From: Candidatus Bathyarchaeota archaeon
GTDB lineage: Archaea; Thermoproteota; Bathyarchaeia; Bathyarchaeales; Bathycorpusculaceae
Length of the DNA stretch: 64,000 nucleotides
Assembly: GCA_963702095.1 (NCBI GenBank)
Contig: OY969706.1
Location: 128,001-192,000 of the forward strand
Reading direction: 5' to 3'
Under the pieces are notes generated by a model that saw only the letters and a program-made list of their open reading frames with translations, searched no databases and was not told the DNA's origin. This document shows, piece after piece, positions 57,054 to 64,000 of the stretch (its first letter is position 1; each line of letters opens with the position of its first letter). The translations under genes and the position numbers were made by a program.

Positions 57054-59648
57054 TTAAGACTTATTTTTGAAAGTCAACGCGCCGCCCTTCTCATCCACTG
57101 TGATAGCGCAGTTTTTATCCACTTTTTCGGCGAGGATTATCTTTGACAGTTCGTTTAGCACTTCCTTCTGAATCACCCGTTTGATGGGTCGGGCGCCGAA
57201 CTGGGGGTCGAAGCCAACTTTGGCGATGTGGTCGACGGCTTTTCTGGTGAATTCGACTTTGACGCCGTTTTTATCAAGCATCTTCTGGACGGCTTTAAGC
57301 TGGTTTTCCACGATTTTTCTGACTTCGGCTTCGTTTAGGGGTTGGAACATGATGATTTCGTCGACTCGGTTGAGGAACTCTGGCTTTATGGAGCGTTTGA
57401 GTAGGCTGAAGACTTGCTCGCGGGTTTGGTTCCAGATTTGCTCGCGGTTTTCGGCGGTTGTTTTTTCGAGGTTTTCCTGTATGATCTGTGAGCCCAAGTT
57501 GGATGTCATGATGATTATGGTGTTCTTGAAATCCACGGTTCGGCCCTTATTGTCGGTTAATCTGCCGTCGTCAAGCACCTGCAACAGGATATTGAACACA
57601 TCTGGGTGCGCTTTCTCGATCTCGTCAAGCAACACAACCGAGTAGGGTTTACGCCGCACAGCCTCGGTGAGTTGTCCGCTTTCCTCATAACCCACATACC
57701 CTGGAGGCGCACCGACCAACCGCGAAACCGTATGGCGCTCCTGGTACTCGGACATGTCAATGCGTACCATGTTGTTTTCGTTGTTGAATAGGAAATCCGC
57801 CAGCGACTTAGCCAACTCGGTTTTGCCCACGCCAGTGGTGCCCAAAAATATGAATGAGCCGATTGGACGTTTAGGGTCTTGCAAGCCAGCGCGGCTGCGG
57901 CGTATTGCGTCGGATACGGCTTGGATTGCCTCTTCCTGTCCAACTACGCGCATGTGCAACTCGGTTTCGATGCTTAGCAGCTTCTGCTTCTCACTCTGCA
58001 ACATGCGGCTCACAGGTATGCCTGTCCAGTGCGAGACGACTTCAGCGATTTCCTCTGCATCCACTTCCTCGTTAATCAGCGGCTGACCTTTCTGCAGTTC
58101 AGAGAGTTTCTGTTTGAGGGTGTCAATGGTTTTTGTGGCTTCAGGGATTTTGCCGTAGCGGATTTCTGCGACTTTGCCTAGGTCGCCTCTGCGGTTAGCA
58201 TCTTCATCTTGGAACCGTAGTTGTTCAATCTCGTTCTTTTTAGCTTGGATTTGCTCTACGATGTCTTTTTCGGCTTGCCATCGTGCTTTGAGTTTGTTGC
58301 GCTCTTCGCTTAGGTTGGCGATTTCTTGGTTGAGGGTTTTGAGTTTGTTTTCGTCTTTTTCGCGTTTGATGGCTTCCCGTTCGATTTCGAGTTGGTGGAT
58401 TTTGCGTTCGATGGTTTCGAGTTCTTCGGGCGCCGAGTTGATTTCGAGCCGTAACTTTGAGGCGGCTTCGTCGATTAAGTCGATGGCTTTGTCGGGCAAA
58501 AAGCGGTCTGAGATATAGCGTTGTGAGAGTTCGACGGCGGCGATTATGGCTTCGTCCTTGATGCGTACGTGGTGGAACACTTCATAGCGTTCCTTCAGGC
58601 CCCTAAGGATGGAGATGGCGGAGAGGGTGTCTGGCTCGTTAACCATGACGGGTTGGAAACGCCGCTCCAGCGCCTTGTCTTTTTCAAAGTACTTCTGGTA
58701 TTCTTTGAGTGTGGTAGCGCCGATTGCCCGCAACTCGCCTCTTGCTAGGGCGGGTTTTAGGATGTTAGCTGCGTCCATGGCTCCTTCGCTGGCGCCTGCA
58801 CCGACCAAGGTGTGGATTTCGTCGATGAACAGGACGACTTCGCCTTCGGAGGATACGACTTCTTTTATGACACTTTTGAGGCGCTCCTCGAATTCGCCCT
58901 TGTACTTGGCACCTGCAATCAGAGCTCCCATGTCAAGTGAGAAAATCTGTTTGGACTTGAGGTTCTCTGGCACATCGCCGTTAACTATGCGATGCGCGAT
59001 GCCTTCGGCTATTGCGGTTTTGCCGACGCCGGGTTCGCCGATGAGGATGGGGTTGTTTTTGGTGCGCCTGGAGAGAATTTGGAGGACTCGGCGAATTTCT
59101 TCGTTTCTGCCGATGACGGGGTCCAGTTTGCCCGTTTTCGCCCGCTCGTTTAGGTTGATGGCGAAGCGGTTTAGGGCGTTGTAGGTTTCATCTGTTGTTT
59201 GACTATTCACAGTTGATCCCTTTCTCAATTGCTTAATTGCTTCTTTAAGCTCTTTCTCCGATACCCCACTACTCTGTAGCAGTCGTGAAGCGGAGTCGTT
59301 AACGGATAGGAGCGACAAAAGCAGCTGTTCGATGGAGACAAATTTGTCTTGGCTCTCAGCAGCATACTCTTGGGCTTTTTTGAGGGCTTTGTTGGAGTTG
59401 GAAGATAGGTAGTGTTCTCCACCAGTGACTTTAGGCAGTCCATCAAGCAGCCTGTCCAATGACATGTTGAATGTGTCCAAGTTTACGTTGAATTGCCTTA
59501 GCAGGTAAGGCACGACGTTTTCGTCGACGAGCAGCATGCCTTTTAAGAGGTGGATGGGTTCGATGGCTTGGTTCTGCTTTGATGTAGCTATCTCGAGAGC
59601 CTTTTGGATGGCTTCTTGAGATTTAACCGTAAAATTATCTAAGCTCAT
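57054..59648 (-). CDS. clpB: ATP-dependent disaggregase ClpB
   Basis: Clp N domain, two AAA modules (GEPGVGKT, GTTGVGKT), coiled-coil M domain. Confidence 0.95.
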   Translation of the reverse strand: MSLDNFTVKSQEAIQKALEIATSKQNQAIEPIHLLKGMLLVDENVVPYLLRQFNVNLDTFNMSLDRLLDGLPKVTGGEHYLSSNSNKALKKAQEYAAESQDKFVSIEQLLLSLLSVNDSASRLLQSSGVSEKELKEAIKQLRKGSTVNSQTTDETYNALNRFAINLNERAKTGKLDPVIGRNEEIRRVLQILSRRTKNNPILIGEPGVGKTAIAEGIAHRIVNGDVPENLKSKQIFSLDMGALIAGAKYKGEFEERLKSVIKEVVSSEGEVVLFIDEIHTLVGAGASEGAMDAANILKPALARGELRAIGATTLKEYQKYFEKDKALERRFQPVMVNEPDTLSAISILRGLKERYEVFHHVRIKDEAIIAAVELSQRYISDRFLPDKAIDLIDEAASKLRLEINSAPEELETIERKIHQLEIEREAIKREKDENKLKTLNQEIANLSEERNKLKARWQAEKDIVEQIQAKKNEIEQLRFQDEDANRRGDLGKVAEIRYGKIPEATKTIDTLKQKLSELQKGQPLINEEVDAEEIAEVVSHWTGIPVSRMLQSEKQKLLSIETELHMRVVGQEEAIQAVSDAIRRSRAGLQDPKRPIGSFIFLGTTGVGKTELAKSLADFLFNNENNMVRIDMSEYQERHTVSRLVGAPPGYVGYEESGQLTEAVRRKPYSVVLLDEIEKAHPDVFNILLQVLDDGRLTDNKGRTVDFKNTIIIMTSNLGSQIIQENLEKTTAENREQIWNQTREQVFSLLKRSIKPEFLNRVDEIIMFQPLNEAEVRKIVENQLKAVQKMLDKNGVKVEFTRKAVDHIAKVGFDPQFGARPIKRVIQKEVLNELSKIILAEKVDKNCAITVDEKGGALTFKNKS

Positions 59649-59720
59649 TAAACAAAAAGATGGCGGGGAAGCTATTTGAATATTTTCTTGCACTAACAAG
59701 GTTTCGATGGGCTAAACGCC

Positions 59721-60575
59721 TCAAACTTGCCACAGCGTTTCTGTTGTATGCCTAACTTTCTCAATAAGCGACAGGACTTCTTGCTGTGACAACCCGATTC
59801 TCCTTTCAAGGTAGTGGCTGTCCTGCTCAAGCAACTGCTTAATCAGTACAATCCCCACCTCAACTAGACGTTGCCTTGTTTCTGTACTTACTCCTCTTAG
59901 GCAACTCAACGGGTACAGCCTATACTTCTCCACCATTTCCCTCAATCCAAAACCTGCAGGAGAATCCCAGCCTACCTGCACAATGCCGCGGCACCCCCCA
60001 TAGACTACTGCGTGCTCTGAGTATCGGGTGTTGGTGACTATCATGGCTCGGTCGATTTTGATGCTGGTTGCACCCTGTTTGTAGCCGTCGGTGAGGTCTT
60101 CTATTATTGCTCGGGCTATGCGGCTTTCATCCAGCCCAGTTAGGGCATGGTAGTTTATGTGGTGTTTGGCTTCCACCAGATAAGTTAAGCCGTCCTTGCT
60201 GGCTACTGCATCTACTTCGTGTTCCCCACATAAGCCCCTGAGAATTATGTTGGGTTGAACCACAAAGCCGCTGTGAGCTAAGATTACTCGAACGAAAGCT
60301 TCGAATTCGGGTTTGGGCTCCATTAGGCTTATGCCGCGTTTTAGGTCGAAGAGGTGTTTTACGGCGGGTTTGCGTTTGCGCATCAAAGCAAAGATTGATC
60401 TAAGAATTTCTCGTGTTTTTATTCCCTCGTAGAGGGTGCCTTCGATTTTTTGGGCGATTTGGTCAGCGACCTCGCGGCTGGCGCCCATCCTGAGACATGT
60501 CTGCGCGATCTTTTCTTTGTCAAATTGCTGTTTATAGCCGTCTGCTTTAGTTACCCAAATCGCCAAGCTTCTCAA
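59721..60575 (-). CDS. ATP-cone + Mrr-like restriction endonuclease domain protein
   Basis: VTKADG....FD.EKI (ATP cone); FE..V...HEVD...LVEAK (PD-(D/E)XK). Confidence 0.8.
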   Translation of the reverse strand: MRSLAIWVTKADGYKQQFDKEKIAQTCLRMGASREVADQIAQKIEGTLYEGIKTREILRSIFALMRKRKPAVKHLFDLKRGISLMEPKPEFEAFVRVILAHSGFVVQPNIILRGLCGEHEVDAVASKDGLTYLVEAKHHINYHALTGLDESRIARAIIEDLTDGYKQGATSIKIDRAMIVTNTRYSEHAVVYGGCRGIVQVGWDSPAGFGLREMVEKYRLYPLSCLRGVSTETRQRLVEVGIVLIKQLLEQDSHYLERRIGLSQQEVLSLIEKVRHTTETLWQV

Positions 60576-60836
60576 CCTGTTAATCGGACAATTAGGTCTT
60601 CACGCTTTTAATTTTTTACTATTTATTCTTTTTAGCGGATGCATGATCAGAGAATATTTATGCAGAGAGAAAATCCCCTACTCCAACCACATAAGACAGC
60701 ACCCAAAACCGCTGTCAACTGCATATTCCTTGGCTTTGGCTGGGAGAGTAGTTTGGTTTGAATGCGAAGCGCTGACTGATACTTCAAGGTAAGCTTTTAC
60801 TTAGACGATCAACTCACAGTATGTGGGAGTGTTTCT

Positions 60837-61346
60837 ATGAGTTCTCTACCTAACAAGCAAATGGAATATGCGCTTTTAGAAGAGCACATCATCGGTTTCC
60901 TCAAGGCACAGAACATGTGTGTTCTGGCAACCTGCAGCGCAGACATCCCAAGGGCAACACCCATAGAGTACCGCTCGAAAGGGCTCGCCATGTATTTTGT
61001 TGGGGAACCAGGAACCAAACTCAAAAACATAGTCGAAAACCCACAGGTTAGCATCGGCGTTTTTTTGCCCTACAAAGGCTGGGAAACCGCCATGGGAGCC
61101 CAGATAACTGGGAAAGCAAAAATAATCATAAGGGATAACATAGAAGAATTCAATGAAGCCTTAGTGGCTTATAACTGGGAAAAAACCGCGGGCGAGTTGG
61201 GTCTAAAAGAGTTCCCCAAGACGGCTGGGTTGATACGGGTTGACCCCGAGAAAATCGAGTTTATTGATGCGTCGCTGAGGAAACTGGGCTATAACCCAAG
61301 GCAGACGCTTGTGATTAAAGCTGCTCAAAACAGCACCGCTTCTTGA
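60837..61346 (+). CDS. Pyridoxamine 5'-phosphate oxidase-like FMN-binding protein
   Basis: VLATC...PRATP...KLKNI.ENPQVS. Confidence 0.85.
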   Translation: MSSLPNKQMEYALLEEHIIGFLKAQNMCVLATCSADIPRATPIEYRSKGLAMYFVGEPGTKLKNIVENPQVSIGVFLPYKGWETAMGAQITGKAKIIIRDNIEEFNEALVAYNWEKTAGELGLKEFPKTAGLIRVDPEKIEFIDASLRKLGYNPRQTLVIKAAQNSTAS

Positions 61347-61724
61347 CCTAGAAAGATAGCTTTGAGCCGTTTTTGGTGTCGGCGAGGTTTGCTGGGGCTC
61401 TGGTAGATATCTTTTGGAAGAAAAGAAATGCACAAAGCAATCACGACTTTTGTAATCGTGAATCTATCAGAGCTCTTTCAGCTCTTGCTCGACAATTCTT
61501 GCCTTAAATTGCTAAAGAGTTTATTTTCATAGGTTGTTAAGGTTTCGTGGTGTTTTTTCCAATAATAACTATTTCCCAAATATCAACCAGATTTACTCCG
61601 AAAAAACTAAACCTAAAACTGTTGGGCTATCCCTAAATGGGTAAGGAACCGGTGTTATTTAAGCTTATATAATTGGTTCACAGTCCTTGAAAGTAAATCT
61701 AACGGATGTTGGGGGAGAACTGGG

Positions 61725-62156
61725 TTGGATGAAGTCTTAGAATTATTAGATAAAACCTCTAAGCGGGTTCAGAAGAACGCGGATGAAACCAAAGAAGCCA
61801 TCTGGAAACAATCAGCCATCTACGAGCAGCTTCAACAGTCGCCTGAAGCTACACAGGAACAGAAAATCAAGGCCTTCCTAAAGAAAACCTTAGAGTTGGA
61901 CCGCTTAGAACATCTTAATTCACAGTTGAGCCTACTTTACTCCCTGCAAATCTTCGCTTTCAAAGTGAAAGTGCTTGAGGTTTCAATGGATAAAATGAAG
62001 AATCAACTGGTCGAATCAGGTGTTTTACAGAGCGGCGTTGAGTTGGAGGACATCAAAAAGAACATTGACGCCCTCAAAATCCTCATCGAAGCCCAGTACG
62101 AATCAATGAAAGAAATCAACGACACCCAGAAGAAGAACTTGGGCTATATCCTCTAA
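61725..62156 (+). CDS. Hypothetical coiled-coil protein
   Basis: 143-aa helical ORF with upstream SD-like site. Confidence 0.75.
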   Translation: MDEVLELLDKTSKRVQKNADETKEAIWKQSAIYEQLQQSPEATQEQKIKAFLKKTLELDRLEHLNSQLSLLYSLQIFAFKVKVLEVSMDKMKNQLVESGVLQSGVELEDIKKNIDALKILIEAQYESMKEINDTQKKNLGYIL

Positions 62157-62260
62157 AACTGGGTTAAATTGATATAAATAAAAAAGTCAGCTTGGCTTTC
62201 AACCAAATTATGGTTGACTGCCGACAGCTTTTTGCTTCTTTGTTCCGTGCTTGCTTATTT

Positions 62261-63181
62261 TTAGAAGAGCTTTTCCCAGCTTGTGACTAGGTCGAGGACT
62301 TCTTGGCCTGCTTTGCCGCCGTAACTCTTTAGGCGTTCGCGTGTGTCTTTTTCTGCGATGGCTTTCTTCTGGAATTCCTGCATCTGTGCTGCTTTGTCTG
62401 TGAGGTATAGTAAACCGTCAGCGCCTGCGCGTGCCATGCGGACTGAGACTGTGAGGAGTTCGCTTGGTGTTGGTGTTTCTCTTGGATCGTCGCCAGGACC
62501 GATAACGTAGAGTGCAATGTTTAGCTTTGTGTCTTTGAAGAGTTTTTTGAAGTTGCGTGTGAGCATTTCCCAGTACCAAGGTGTTGCATAGTTCTTGCTG
62601 AACATGACTACGAACATTTCGGTTGTGAGTGGTAACATGTCATCGAAGTTGACGCCGAAGCGTTCATAGTTGGTAACGGGGTCTGGTAGGACACCGATGT
62701 AGAGTGGTTTTTTGGCTTTGTTGATTACGCGGTCGCTTGTTGCTGCCATGTAGTTTGTGACTTCTTTGCGTCTCCACTCGTACCATGAGAGGCCGCTTTT
62801 TTCGTGGAGTGCTTTGCAGCGTGGGCATGTGCAGTGGCCGTGTTCTGCGAAGTGGATGCTGTTGAGCCAAACGCCTTGGCTTTTGCGCGCTACGTCTTCC
62901 ATGTAGTCGAGTTGTTCTGCTCTGTGTTCTGGTTGTGTTTGGCAGAGGACTTCCCAGCGTACGTTGAAGTTGTCGTTGGTTCTCCACGCTGGACCGAGGT
63001 CGCTTTGGCTAATCCAATCGGGGTGAAGGCGTGCAGCTACGTTGTCGCCGAAGATTGCTACGTTGCTGTACATATCAGCTTTGGGGGGCAGTCGTCTTCC
63101 GACTTCAGGTTTAGTGCGGAAAAGGTCAAAGTCGAAGCCTGGAACCTTTTTTGCTTCAAACATGTATGTGCCGAATTTCAT
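62261..63181 (-). CDS. Hypothetical protein, possible glycoside-hydrolase-like TIM barrel
   Basis: HPDW, GVWLNSIHF...HCTCPRC pattern. Confidence 0.6.
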   Translation of the reverse strand: MKFGTYMFEAKKVPGFDFDLFRTKPEVGRRLPPKADMYSNVAIFGDNVAARLHPDWISQSDLGPAWRTNDNFNVRWEVLCQTQPEHRAEQLDYMEDVARKSQGVWLNSIHFAEHGHCTCPRCKALHEKSGLSWYEWRRKEVTNYMAATSDRVINKAKKPLYIGVLPDPVTNYERFGVNFDDMLPLTTEMFVVMFSKNYATPWYWEMLTRNFKKLFKDTKLNIALYVIGPGDDPRETPTPSELLTVSVRMARAGADGLLYLTDKAAQMQEFQKKAIAEKDTRERLKSYGGKAGQEVLDLVTSWEKLF

Positions 63182-63337
63182 TTGCTTCTACCTTTTTAGA
63201 ACTCAAAACGTTCGGCGCTGTTATAAAGTTTTGCATAAATGACGTATTAAGGGTTGCAAAACCTAAATTGATGTTTGGCGATTGCTTAAGACGCAAAAAA
63301 CCGCGTCTGGCACCAAAAGTATGTTTCAGCACATGTA

Positions 63338-63455
63338 CTTGCAGAATCCACCCTAACCAGCCAGCAACTGCAGAAACCCGCAGAATCCAAAACACAGCCG
63401 CCTGCAGAACCCGCTGGTTGTTGTTGTGTATAGGAACCTTCAGCAACAACAACAT
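63338..63455 (+). repeat. Dispersed repeat module B, copy 5
   Basis: AACCAGCCAGCAAC...AAACACAGCCGCC...GGTTGTTGTTGTGTATAGGaacctTCAGCAACAACAAC. Confidence 0.85.
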
Positions 63456-63684
63456 TAGAAAAGGCCAAAAGTTAGAGACTTCTTTGGTCAGCTGTTTTCA
63501 TCGCTGACAGTCAGGGTTTGCGGATGTTTTTGTTTTGCCAAGACCCCTTTTTTGCAGCAGAGATGGACAGAAACAGCGAAAAAACCTAGTCCCTGCAAGC
63601 GGATTTTTTATTTATTGTTGTCGCAAGCTTTTTAGGGTATGCGCCTCCGCAAATAACATATCTTGTTAACGTTTAGGTGCCAAG

Positions 63685-64000
63685 ATGAGCCAGCCGCATG
63701 CCCAACTGCCAGATGAAGCCGTTTCGGCGTTGGAATCCAACATCGAGCGGGGCTTAACTGAGCAGGAAGCAACGGCGCGCCTAAACCAATACGGCAAAAA
63801 TACGTTAGTGGAAGAGCGGCAGATACGGTTCCTCGATATTTTCAAAGAGGAAGTCACCGAACCCATGATACTGCTACTCTTAGCCATCGGAGTATTATAC
63901 AGTGTCCTAGGGTTCCTAGCAAACACGGGTTTTGAAGATGCCGCAACCATCATCGTAATCATAATCATCCTCGTCTTAGCTGAAGTCTGGAACGAGTACC
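63685..64000 (+). CDS. Cation-transporting P-type ATPase, 5' end (partial)
   Basis: GLTEQEATARLNQYGKN...EPMILLLL N-terminal signature. Confidence 0.88.
   Translation, partial: MSQPHAQLPDEAVSALESNIERGLTEQEATARLNQYGKNTLVEERQIRFLDIFKEEVTEPMILLLLAIGVLYSVLGFLANTGFEDAATIIVIIIILVLAEVWNEY

Noticed and set aside
57181-59446. Long antisense and alternate-frame ORFs over clpB, the pur genes and others
   Set aside because: Shadow ORFs produced by codon bias of well-supported genes.

Overview
Archaeal chromosomal window. Gene content (Alba, zinc ferredoxin, PEF-CTERM protein, PriS paralog, PQQ propellers, GGAGGTGA Shine-Dalgarno sites with TTG starts) suggests a TACK archaeon, probably Bathyarchaeia; this is inference. 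It carries purM-purS-purL-purQ, three tRNAs (Gly-CCC, Arg-CCG, Ala-TGC), oxidative and general stress genes, a DUF2090 aldolase-glpX pair, rpiA and an ABC exporter. About seven genes have isolated 1-2 nt frameshifts that look like long-read indel errors. Main candidates for new biology: (1) a coupled operon in which a PqqD/RRE-like radical SAM-SPASM enzyme follows a signal-peptide, single-TM protein ending in a 10-Cys (CA)n tail plus GGGGH, possibly a RiPP-like modification of a membrane protein; (2) a dispersed two-module intergenic repeat family (four ~185-bp module A copies; five module B copies with a GTTGTTGTTG-TGTATAGG-N-CAACAACAAC hairpin); (3) an array of six KGG/GsiB-like hydrophilin genes plus an unannotated DUF2795 gene; (4) a single-chain tandem Alba protein and a TIR protein lacking the catalytic Glu.
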